Of a stretch of 64,000 nt of DNA, positions 22,801 to 33,589 are shown in pieces. A program made the translations under genes and the position numbers. Source of the stretch: Tubulanus polymorphus (Eukaryota > Animalia > Nemertea); the NCBI RefSeq assembly GCF_964204645.1, contig NC_134035.1, forward strand, positions 11,254,451 to 11,318,450. The letters run 5' to 3'. Every line of letters starts with the position of its first letter. Position 1 is the first letter of the stretch. The notes below the pieces were generated by a model, which was given only the letters and a program-made list of their open reading frames with translations, had not been told where the DNA came from and ran no database searches.

Positions 22801-25800
22801 TTTTCAGAATTGCCTGTGACTGTCGAACAGCAGTATTTTACATATCGATATTGCCTTTTAAGATGAGATTTTTCGAGGCATTGTTTAACGTAGCTGATGG
22901 GTTTCTGTACCGAAATAGCTGTTCTCCACATTCGTCAGACAATCATCTGTTTCGAATTTCTTCGTGGTGAAATAGATTTTCCGTTTGAGATATCAACTCG
23001 CGGCTTTTTGAAACGTAATTCCGTTCGCGAACGCACTGCGAGGCAAATAATTTTGTGACGAGGAGGAGTGGGAAAATTTGTCAACCCCCGCTAACCCCCT
23101 AAAGAGGTGTTATAGCGGAATTCAAGGTCGTGCAGAGAGAAGGGATGAATTTTGATCTTAAACAAATTGGTGAACGATTTTTTCTCTCCATTTACCAGAA
23201 AATGCATAAAATTTGAACGATTTGAAGATTTTTCGATGGAAGAAAATTTGTCGGACATGTTTACTGCTGATGAAAAAGGATAAACTCAGCCCAATACACT
23301 CTGTTCACCAACAACATTAGTGATTGATATTACCACTGGTTGATACTAGGATTGGAAACAACCACTTCCAGGACTGAGTGACCATCACTGATGCTACAAT
23401 TGAAGTTTTCATCTTCATCAAGATGAGTCAATTACTTCAAAAATTTTCTATATTAGGGTTTGGATAGAGGTTAAATCAATGCCCAGGACCCAGTTTCACA
23501 GGTATTGAACACATTGGTGAAGATGAAACATTTATCTTTCAAATGAGTTATTGTTTGTAGGATTCTCTGCATGGATAGTTGAGTGTCATGGCCGTTAAGA
23601 AAATCAACTGATTTCCACTTGCCACACATTTCAATTCAGCCATTCATACCCATTGGAGGTCAACAAGGCATGAAAGACTGGTCACAGCTGCTTGATTTCG
23701 TATTGGGAATACTAAACCAGACTGTTAGCTGAATTTAAGCCGCTATTCGTGACTTGTTGGCTTCCAATAGGTTGGAATGGCAAAATTGAAAAGTGAGACG
23801 AGTGGAAATCAGAGGCCTTACTTTAGAAGCCATGATATTCAGCAATCCACGAGGGAAATCTAACAAACAATAGCTCATTCCCAAGATAAAGGTCTTACCT
23901 TCAATCCGGAATGAATTAGTCTAATAAGAGATAATCATTCATGAAAACAAGTTCAGTATACTTAATGTGGGACAGGCTGTACATAATGATCCAAACATTC
24001 ACTGATTGCAGATACAAGGCAATTTTTGTCATTGTGTTTTAAGTCACGATCCGGTTCGTTCCTGGTCCAGGCCCGATTAACCCTGGCCAAATTGTCTCCC
24101 AGTGATCTGGGCTTAAGTCACAACTGCGACCTGGGCTCTTCCTTCTTTATCATCATCAGTAAACATGTCTTAACAAAGCAGATAAAATCTCGACCGCACG
24201 GCGTCGCACGGCCCCCAGAACAGTATCTCCTTCAACCAATATACAGGCAGGAACTTACTGATATAATAATACGATTGTCCAGGCCTGAACTCGGGCGTAT
24301 TTGGAATAGCGGTATACCGACTGAAGATTATCGTATACCGTCGTCTGAACTGTGGACGACTGCAGTTGATTATGCGCATCATTTTGATCGGAGTAAAAAT
24401 ATTACAATCGTCGTAATTTTGTTTTGGCACCTGAAATCGCATGGAAAAACGGAAAAATATGGATGAAGCAGAAATAAAGATATTACACGTTCGTAGAGGA
24501 AAATTTAAAAAAAAAAAAAAAGAAAAAAAAAAAAAAAGTTGTGAGACGCCGATGAGGAGGGTACGTGAGGCGAGTCCGTCTGCTACTGACGGTTGGAGCA
24601 TCGGACGCGCCTCACGGTTGAGGAGCGCGCGTAGTTATGAGACCGATAGATCTAACGGTTTCACGACGACGCGCGCTCCCAGGGGGCGCCAACTTCGGAT
24701 TCGCGCTTTCATTCGTTTCGGCGAAAACTCGATCCGAATTCTCTCCTCGCGGCTACGCGCGACAGTATACATACGTGTTCGTGCGCGAGGCCATGCCGAA
24801 TTCAGAAATAGAAAACTCCGCGTCGTGCGGTATTCATAAAAAGCAGAACGGTGTTTGATATATTATTACTACATAGTAATAGTGCTGCGATAATGATTTC
24901 AAAGCGAATAGAGAAGAAAATGATTTAACCCTTTCAGTGCTGACTACTCAATACTCGAAAGTGCCGGAGATAATTTGAAAAGTTCACCCCAGTGAGTTGA
25001 ATAACGAGCATACTGCTCTGATGTGCCTACACTGTGGTGCGGTGTATTGTTGTTAGTAATACGGCACTATGTTTGACAGGTGCTGCCATCTCTCCAAAGA
25101 GAAAAAACTAATTCATAACTAATTACATCAATACACCGCGGTGCGATGTACAAGCACTATAGTTTATACACCGCACTGCCATGTAGACGAACTGAAAGGG
25201 TTAGAATTTCAAACGTTCGCACCAAAGAGTTTTTTCTATATTCTTCACCGGACCGGACCATGCACGTAAACTAATGCAGATTGTCACGCGCCTCACACAC
25301 TACCCATTCAATGCATCAGCAACAGGAGCTAGGAACAGGAGGAAGCAGCAGCAGCGTCAGGATTGAGGCTCCTAAACGCGCGCGCGTACACAACTTACTT
25401 ATGTAGTAATAGGCCTGGCCGGCCTTAAATTCGGCGGTGTTAGGGATCGATGCGAAAGGGGTAACGAGCATCGTGATTCGGCGTTGGCGTTTTTTGTTAT
25501 CGCACGTGAGAACGCGATTGACCCGGTTGGAAAATACGTTACAATCGTCGTAGCCTTGTTTCGTCACCTAGAGACACGTGTATCAGACAGAGCAAAAACA
25601 TATCAAACAAACATGCACGCACGAAATTTTTCGAGGAAAAAGAAAAAAGATTTTACGACGGACTCCGCGTCTAACTCGAATGACAATCGGGGCCGGTGAT
25701 TTCCGGTTGTGACTCGGAATAGAAATTCATCTTCGTCAAAATGTTACATAATTGTATCTGATACGGTAGAATCTATTCAATTCGGTCCAGATTTTAATCT

Positions 25801-28800
25801 AAACCTGATATCATTTAAGATCCATCTGTGCATAATTTATGAATTTCAAATACGATTTTTGATCTGGATTTTTCATAAACTTCTTTGTTTCCAAATGATC
25901 CGCATTAAGCGGGTTCTACTTGTAATTAGAGTCGGACCATGGAATTTACGCGATATTCTATTGCAATATTTCTTTAAGATTTGTGTGCGAATTAAAATGC
26001 TTATTCGGCTTGAAAGTATTCGAGTTAGGAGGGGTCTGTACGGATTTTTTCCAATGAATATCTGTTGTATAGATGGCGCTATAAGCCTGCCGCTACGTTA
26101 ACAATCCACCAGATGCCGTCACTTACATCGGGTTTCATTCAGTCGAAATTGATTCATTCTAAATAGACTTCAGACTTCAAATCTCCCGAATACAAACCAC
26201 TAAATTAACGAACAATTTATTTTTCTACTCGTCATTGTTTGGTATAGTTTTCATGAAGGAAAGTTGGTTTTGATTTCAACGTAGAAAAAATTGAAGCGCA
26301 CAAGACTGAATAACTGACAGTGATAATTGCGGACCCTCACTTGCCAGAAATAATCTGCAGTCAAATGTTATATTATGTTAGACATAAGGATTCAGAAAAT
26401 CAAACCATTTTTTTAGTGAATGTAAATACATATCGGATTCCCAGCTCCACAAATCTCCCTACTGAAAATTTTATCAAATCATAGTTTCGTAGCGACAGGC
26501 TTCGTATAGCAAAACACAGATAATCTAGATCTAGACAGATATTTAAAAGTAGGCCGACAAAAAACCATCCATACATTATTTCCAAGTCGTTTTTTTTTAC
26601 TAGTAGTCAATAAGTATCGAAACAAAAACGATATCGAATAACTTTACATGAGAATCAAGTGCTTTATGGAAACTGAATAAGCAATGATAAGACTTTAAGG
26701 AAATGCAGGGATAGTTCAAGTTTGCATGAAGTGTTTACGCTGGCTGGCTGGCGATATATACATATACAACAAGGACGGGTTTCGTGGCCCGTAATAATAT
26801 AAGTGTCACTTTTAAACGGGACAAAACTTACATAAGATCTGAAGAGGAGCTAATCCCTATAAGCATATCGGGGTCATAAAAACCACAGCGGACACGCCCG
26901 GGACAATCCCAGTTCATGATATAGGGCATGAAATCTACCACAATCATATTTCAATGAATGAAATGATTATTCACTATCTTAAGGATAGGCATATGTTTTC
27001 ATAGTCATGTTTATGGCGTATGTTTGCCAGATATTTCTGTATCAATCTATGACTTTGACAGTTTAGTATCTTAACGACGCTAACATTGATATACATTTGT
27101 GCTACATTTGAAAATGCTATCTTGATCTCAGAGATTTTTCGAATTTTGCCAACATCCTTAAAATTGCAATATGATATTCTGAATTTGGCCGCTGACTTAA
27201 GTCATTTGTTCGCGAGGTTTAGAAAAAGATTTTTCAGCGGTTGGTGCACGAAACTAAAACTGTATTCAGTTTTGACGCCTACTTGATGGAGCGCAATCAA
27301 TCAATTATAGGCATTTCTAATAGTAGGTTTATAGTTTCGTTAGCAGAGGGAATGGAATTGATCAGAATTTGCCTCCTGGTACAAAAAGGAAGTAGAATTG
27401 ATTCTGGCAGAACGTGATGGGTGTGTCATACATTGATAATGACCGGTTATGCGGTTGTCCTCTTAGCAAACGATACGTTTTATTCTATATCCGAGATCTT
27501 GTTCGGGAATTTTTAAAATTGTGGGGAAAAACACGCCCGATAATAAGTAGCCAGATATAATTGAGGAAAAAGACAATATATTACATTGTAATCAGTATCG
27601 AGTGAGGTTCGATTAAGTTGGAACCACTTGACATTTGACAAATAAACTTCGAGAAGAATCTGCCCCACTCTTCTCTATATAACTGTTTAAGATATGTTTA
27701 GGTCGGCCTACGTGCCATGAAAGACTCAATGAATGGTAAAGCAATCAATATCAGCTCCTTGGATTTCGATGCGTTTCGCCAGCGAAGGATAACTGTATCT
27801 TAGATCAGTCATTAGCATCCCATGAAATAGTGTTGATGACATATACACCTAAGCCGCGATCACATGAGCATTTTTGGCCCGGGCCAAATTTGGCCCAATT
27901 TTAGCACCAGGCAAATGATTACGTTTGAATTGCAACTGGCATCGGAAATGATACACCTCGCTTTGTTTGAGCATTGTTGAGTATCGAGTGAATGGTTTGC
28001 GTGTGAACTCTTCTCAGACACGGGCCAAATTTGGCCAGAGTCTGATCGGTGCCAATTTGGTCCAGGCCAAATCTTCTCCGTGTGATCGCGGCTATAGTCT
28101 CCAAATGACTGGATAGTGGCAGCATTTGTGTGAAAAACCAGGGGAACATTCATAAGGATCTTATCTGAGCAGCTAATACTGGGTGGCTACTTTCCGCCAG
28201 TTTAGAAATGCCCCTTGAGTTTTCCCAAAGTTGAATCCAGAAATACTGAACCTCAGATGGGACAAAGAGACTGAAATGTAATGCTGCACATGAGAAACCG
28301 ATGAACAACTGAGTAATTTGGAGTATCCTGACAAGGCCAACCCAATCATACCTATAATCTGGGTTTACACATTCGATTTTCAGAATTAAAATATCGCTCC
28401 CGTTATCACAGGTAATAACTTTTCATGAAATGGTTTCAGATATGGACGTAGCGAAAAGATGATTAGTTTAAAACCCACTATATACAAAATTTCAAAAGAT
28501 TAGAATGACGATGGTCCTTAAAGAAGGTCCGAAATATCATATCTTCTTTTTTATTTTATTTTTGAGGAATGAATTTTGCTTTGAATCTTTGTTATTGTTA
28601 ACAGTAGATTTTAAAGTTTATGTGGACCGTCTTTCCCTGTTTGAATAAAGAATGATACTTAAAATCACAGTTTGCACTAGTATAATTTCACTGAATTAAA
28701 CTTTCACTTATTTTACTTTCGAAAATCGACAGCGCAAACCCAACAAAAAACCCAGGGGCCGGTTCCATAGTTATCGCTTAGACTATAGACAAGTCTAAGA

Positions 28801-29214
28801 CCAATTTCTGGCATGGCATAGACTGAAGACCAGTTTTAGAGCATCTTGTCATGGCTTAGAATTAAGACCAGTCTAACACCATCTTGTCATGGCTTATACT
28901 TATGACCATTTTAAGACCGCCTTGGTTCTATAACCAATCTAGAAATTAATGACAAGCCTTTAGATTTAAGATCACTTTTGGACTCAAGTCTCGACTATGG
29001 GACCAGCCCCAGCATAGCATACATTATATACCGGTAATATGGATTTGAATAGAGTTTAGATTTTATTTCATACAGGATTCTCATATATACCTGGTATATC
29101 ACATAGTATTCCATGTTATTGGCGTTGTAGCCCGGATAATAAGAAGGACAGATTAGATCTATTTTATCCCCCATATTCACATGTATCACATGATCGGTGT
29201 TGTTGGACTCGAAC
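16664..29214 (-). CDS. Efn: Ephrin (Eph receptor ligand), multi-exon, 5'-incomplete: join(29091-29214, [25399-25567 OR 24259-24430], 18939-19043, 17465-17611, 16664-16845)
   Basis: The spliced translation [39 protein letters not shown](K/R)(A/P)[36 protein letters not shown] matches the ephrin receptor-binding domain with its four conserved Cys. It is followed by a Ser/Thr/Pro-rich stalk and a hydrophobic C-terminus. All introns are GT-AG and the phases are compatible (2/0/1/1/1). Confidence 0.95.
17465..17611 (-). CDS. Efn: Ephrin stalk exon ([49 protein letters not shown])
   Basis: Acceptor ttttctag|AA, donor AAAAG|gtaaga, 147 bp, phase 1 to 1. Mucin-like Thr/Ser/Pro content. Confidence 0.85.
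18939..19043 (-). CDS. Efn: Ephrin exon, end of the receptor-binding domain ([35 protein letters not shown])
   Basis: Acceptor cttgtag|CT, donor CAC|gtaagt, 105 bp. Matches the ephrin motif GLEN..G.C...NMK..FKV. Confidence 0.92.
22051..22394. mobile_element. MITE family 3 (TIR agcccaacgca / tgcgttgggct, ggaaaca-rich interior)
   Basis: Terminal inverted repeats. Related sequence at 972-1151, about 32681-32810 and 56429-56787. Confidence 0.75.
22145..22309. mobile_element. MITE family 1 copy nested in a family 3 element
   Basis: Same TIRs and interior as 1333-1497; TTC 3-bp TSD. Confidence 0.9.
23518..23902. repeat. Long degenerate inverted repeat (old foldback/MITE), arms about 160 bp
   Basis: For example tttatctttcaaatgagttattgtttgt vs acaaacaatagctcattcccaagataaa; tgatttccact vs agtggaaatca; attggaggtcaacaag vs cttgttggcttccaat. 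Confidence 0.75.
24259..24430 (-). CDS. Efn: Ephrin alternative exon B ([57 protein letters not shown])
   Basis: Acceptor gatttcag|GTG, donor ATCA|gtaagt, 172 bp, phase 0 to 1. Paralogous to exon A. Confidence 0.92.
24929..25200. mobile_element. piggyBac-like non-autonomous element between ephrin exons A and B
   Basis: TTAA|ccctttcagt ... actgaaaggg|TTAG. Related copies at about 16920-17070 (partial) and 31647-31895. Confidence 0.78.
25399..25567 (-). CDS. Efn: Ephrin alternative exon A ([56 protein letters not shown])
   Basis: Acceptor gtctctag|GTG, donor ATAA|gtaagt, 169 bp, phase 0 to 1. Contains the ephrin YDDC and EFxxGxxYYYI motifs. Confidence 0.92.
27852..28093. mobile_element. MITE with gggccaaatttggcc subrepeats
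   Basis: TIR agccgcgatcaca / tgtgatcgcggct. Relatives at about 45065-45365, 46798-46930 and 48940-49150. Confidence 0.72.
28756..29009. mobile_element. MITE family 2 copy (reverse) with an internally expanded subrepeat
   Basis: gggccggttccatagt / actatgggaccagccc ends, CAG TSD, tandem aagacca subunits. Confidence 0.78.
29091..29214 (-). CDS. Efn: Ephrin exon, N-terminal part of the receptor-binding domain ([41 protein letters not shown])
   Basis: Acceptor tttttcag|G, donor CAG|gtatat, 124 bp. The GDKIDLICP motif is typical of ephrins. Confidence 0.93.
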
Positions 29215-31646
29215 CTGAAAAATACAAGCGACAAATTCGATAAGATAATACGCAAGCAAAGAAACAAAGAAACTAGTCGTTTTCATCTTTTGGCAAATTT
29301 TAGGAGATTTGTTGTCTGTGCTTCAATTTCATGACAAAAAAATGAAATCAATATCCTTGCATCGGTTGCTTAAAGTCTGTTCTGGGAAAATAGCAACTTC
29401 AGCGACTGAACATGATGAAGTCATTTGTTTTTGAATACTCTGTAATATCTGATCAAAATTTCAGTGAAATACTAGCCAACCACAGGGATATATATTAGCT
29501 TAGCATGTTACCAGTACATTCAGTCACTGCGCTATATCAAGTTTTTTTTGAAAAAGGCACAAACTTTCCATTCCTGATATTGCCTCATTCGATGAGCTTA
29601 AAATGCAATCCCCTGGCCCTGATCCGGTAAAGGTCAATGCATATTTTACATTCTCAATCGATCGGGAAAAATGAGAATAAAACTGTCTGACAAGAATATC
29701 GTAGAATCAGTGAAGATAACATAGAAACAGAAGGTAATAAGGAAGCGTTAAACCTGCGTGTTTTGTAAACTGGAGAGGAAGGATTGCCCTAACTAACAGA
29801 GAATTGATGGGCACGCTGCCATTAACTCTGAGTGGCCTTTGCTACACTGAAATAGATTCCCACCGGGAGTATAAGACAAGCCATCGTAATTAGCAGACAT
29901 GTAGAATTTGATATCATCACCTGCAGCAATTAATGCTTGAATTGAGCTGGTGCGGTGTGGCGGCCGAGTATTAGACAGATGCATCGGTTTGAGTTTAATC
30001 AAAATGAAGATAGTCAGAGATGAGTTTCCTCAGTGAATTGGTCTGTAGTTTATTGTGACCTATAATCATAGAGGCCCATGCTAAAATCTACCGACAACTA
30101 AGTCCCCACCTGGGGTTAATCCCATTTTAATCCCAATTTAGAGAGAAACCCAACTGACATCTTGTTGTAGATGAAAAAAAACTTGGAAACAATTTCTCTC
30201 AATTCTTTATCCAGAAATTCGCCAAGCCCTTCACTAAAACAACAATTTTCTAAGATTTAGACATCTGCAATATGCAACAACTGTACCAATTTATTAGGCA
30301 TATAGATTTGCTAGACAAACTAGACAAAAATTGAATAATTGCTTATATCTCAAAATTGATGGAGTTTTAAAGGAGTTTCAGGCATTCTGCTCGGAATTAA
30401 AGGAGTTTCGAGCACCTTTAAAAACATTTTCCGTATAGACGGCGTTTTGAAAGAATAGGGAAGTTGTAAGGACCCCGTAAAAGTGCATAGCTAATGAGGC
30501 TGATAATACATGCGAAAGAGTTTTTACGGTCAGTGTCCATGTAAAGTTCATACGTGCTTCCGACACATTTTCCCAACGACGATAAAAACATTCGGCCATA
30601 AAAGAACTAGTATTCATTTCGTATCGAATGAAACGCCGAGCGTGATTTTTGCGCGATTCGACCACCTGAAATGTGACGCTCCGCCGAGCCGTACTAATGA
30701 ATACCGAACTGCGCGGAAAAACGCCACATTTTCGATCAATAAAACTCGATTCCGAGCAAAAATAGGTGCGAAAATACAAAGCCCGCGCATCAAAGAAGAC
30801 GCGATGCGAACAAAGATAACGAGATGTATTCGAGGAGTTGTTTTGTTCGAATGTCTTATTACTTCATTGCTCGCGAAAGAAACTCTTGACTCATTTTGTC
30901 TCAGTCCGATACCCCCGGTTCATCGAAACGACGCGCCTAGAAATGGAGACGTAATTAACTTTTTCGGCCGCGGGCGAATCGCTGGAATTCACCTCCGTAT
31001 TCGCGATCGACGACGTGACCGTCCCTTAACCGCTTGAGATCGTAAACTAAGTACTATATAATCTATAGAAAGCTCGCGTCCAGTCGACTGACCGTTGAGA
31101 ATGTCGTGAACACGGGTCAGTTGAAGTCACTGCTGAAAGCGTGCGATTTGTTTGTCACTGCAAACTTTGTTTTCTATACATTGCGAAGGTGTCAAACGAA
31201 CGTGTCAACAGTACAATAGCAACTATAACAAACAGTTGGAGATTTCTGTACGGTTTTTTCTAATACAATTAGACAGGAGAGTATTTCACACTGTCTGTCG
31301 CTTTATAAGAATATGTATATTTTGACGATTGGCGCTCGGGTCACGTTCTTTATTTAAACTTTATACATGAAGACATATATGAAGGCCGTATGAAGGCCTT
31401 TCACGAGCATAAAACAACCAGTAGGGAGCAACTTCAGACAGTATAACCAGTAATTTCTAAAATAAATCTCCTGCAGATTGTTGATTTGCTTAGGAATAAT
31501 TTTGTCAAATTCTATCTATATATTTTAATTGGTTTTGTAATTAAAACATCCAAAAAATAATGATGACCATAGGGAACTGCTTTTTTCAGTCAGTCAGCCC
31601 ACCAGATGGTGGTGTTGGTCAAGACTAGGAGTCTATTCCTTCTAAA

Positions 31647-31895
31647 CCTTTTCAGCGCATCTACATCCCAGGGCGGTGTATCAATCAGTGATGGACTTTG
31701 CAAGTACACTGCATCTGGCGTATCGATGTTATAACTAATTAGTTTTTATCTCTATTGAAAGATGGCAGCACCTGTCAAACATAGTGAAATATCAGTAACT
31801 AACGATACACCCGCCGTGTAGACGCACTATAGTGGTATGCCCATTATTGGAGCTTTCAAAAATATTCAAATTTGAAAAATATTCAGCAATGAAGG
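31647..31895. mobile_element. piggyBac-like MITE, same family as 24929-25200, reverse orientation
   Basis: ccttttcagc ... tgaaggg|ttaa ends and a shared interior, agatggcagcacctgtcaaacatagtg. Confidence 0.72.
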
Positions 31896-33452
31896 GTTAA
31901 TTAATACACTCCAACGCTGCTGCGTTGTCACCAAATCTCGAGTGCTTCATAAACAGCATGCATGTTCGATAGAATTGACTGAGATGAACTACAAATTAAT
32001 CGAAATATAGCGAAAGAACTTCGACGAACAACGACTCCTCGATCTAAAACGCTTTCATATATCGCAGCACGCCCGAGCCAATCGACCATCCCCCGCGCGA
32101 TAGGCAGAACACGCCGGCGATAGTTTCATCGCTGGTTCTAATTACGAGGGAATTTTACCGGGTTTCACCATCGGCGCTAAAAACTGACGAACACGCGAAG
32201 AGCGAAAACATCTCTACGGCTGCGTTCGTTTCGGTGTTAAAACGATAAAAACAAACGGCAGGTATAAAACAAGCAGCATCGTTCCGATGCGATGTAAAAC
32301 GCTCTATCTATCGCCGGTGTATTACTACATCGCAGAACACGATCAATCCGCAGAACACGATCACCGACTAGAACCAAAATCATCATCAAATCGCTGTAAA
32401 ATGCTAAACTAAAACTGCCCCACTTTTGAACTTCAATCACGAGGCCTATAAAACATTATGGCTCATTCGAGATACGATAATCAACTCAATTCCCATAAAG
32501 AGGAGGTCTTGTTTTTAATACAAATATCGCGGTAAAAAATTGCCGCTACAATCTCAGATGAGATGCCACATCATGAAATCAAGGTTAAGGGTACGATTTG
32601 AGAAGAATCAGCTACTTTCGGGGCTAAATCATCGCTTTTGATAGCAAACCAGTTTTCCTAATAATGGCCGCTCATCGCTAAAGCCCAACATACATGATGC
32701 AAGTAAAGATTGAAATAGGAGAAACTTTCAGAAACAAGAAACTTTCAGAACAACGTTTCCAAGATCAAACAAGTTTGTTTTTTTGTGTTTCCCTAAGTCT
32801 TGTCCCGATAAGGCCACTTGATATCTACATTCTTAGAGACCGATAAAATTAAAGCTTACACATTCTTAAGAGTCCTTCTATCCATAGATAATGTGCTCTT
32901 ATTATAAACGCTTAATTCGTAATTCGATATAACCCGTTCGGTGTCTCTGAGCCCGAAACTTTTCCAAGCAGCGAATCGCGTTTTTAATTAACTATCCCCC
33001 CAACAACGACTATGGCGACAACAACGATGATACTCGCTATAATGGCACTTGTCTGAAGCGTATGTCGAGTGCGCCACCGTGTATGTTTCGGGCAATTTCA
33101 TAACACCCGAATTATATCAGAAAAAATAACTACATAGCAATAGCAGTGGTTTATGATGACACTACAGTGCCCTATATTTGGTCCTAGTATTAAATATATG
33201 TTTACAATTATGCAATATAAGTGTATATGAACAGGCAGTTGATGATGGGCTCGATGATATGTCGCTTCATATACACTCAGGCGGCTAGTTAGAATGATTA
33301 TTCTTTTTTAAGGAATTTGACAGATGTGTAATTAGGTTTCATGTGAGAGAATGAAAAGAAATATAGTATGAACTTTATGACCCGTGCTGGGAAAATCCCG
33401 ATCTAATGAAATCAGGGACAAGTGGTTTTAAGACATCAGCCTTCCACTACTG

Positions 33453-33589
33453 GGGCCAGTTGCAAAGTCTTGACTTAAGTCCAAAAGTGGTCTTATATCT
33501 TAAGACTGGTCTTAAGTTGTTAGATTGGCTATAGAACAAAGTTGGTGTTAGACTGGTCTTAAGTCTAAGCCATGACTATGCAACCGGCC
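33453..33589. mobile_element. MITE family 2 copy
   Basis: gggccagttgca / tgcaaccggccc TIRs with ctg/cag flanks. Degenerate relatives near 24050-24135, 54020-54113 and 62760-62826. Confidence 0.8.

Noticed and set aside
24026-24858. Plus-strand ORFs (146, 132 and 73 aa) antisense to exon B and the hairpin array
   Set aside because: No recognisable motifs. Explained by antisense codon bias, a poly-A run and GC richness.
29750-30002. ORF 29793-30002 and a nearby weak donor as the ephrin upstream exon
   Set aside because: No ephrin similarity, and the phase-compatible frame is closed by a stop.
30378-31037. Overlapping 133-aa and 175-aa ORFs (similarly 11050-11529, 36118-36563, 38685-39134)
   Set aside because: No domain-like motifs or consistent splice structure; the lengths are compatible with chance in CG-richer patches.
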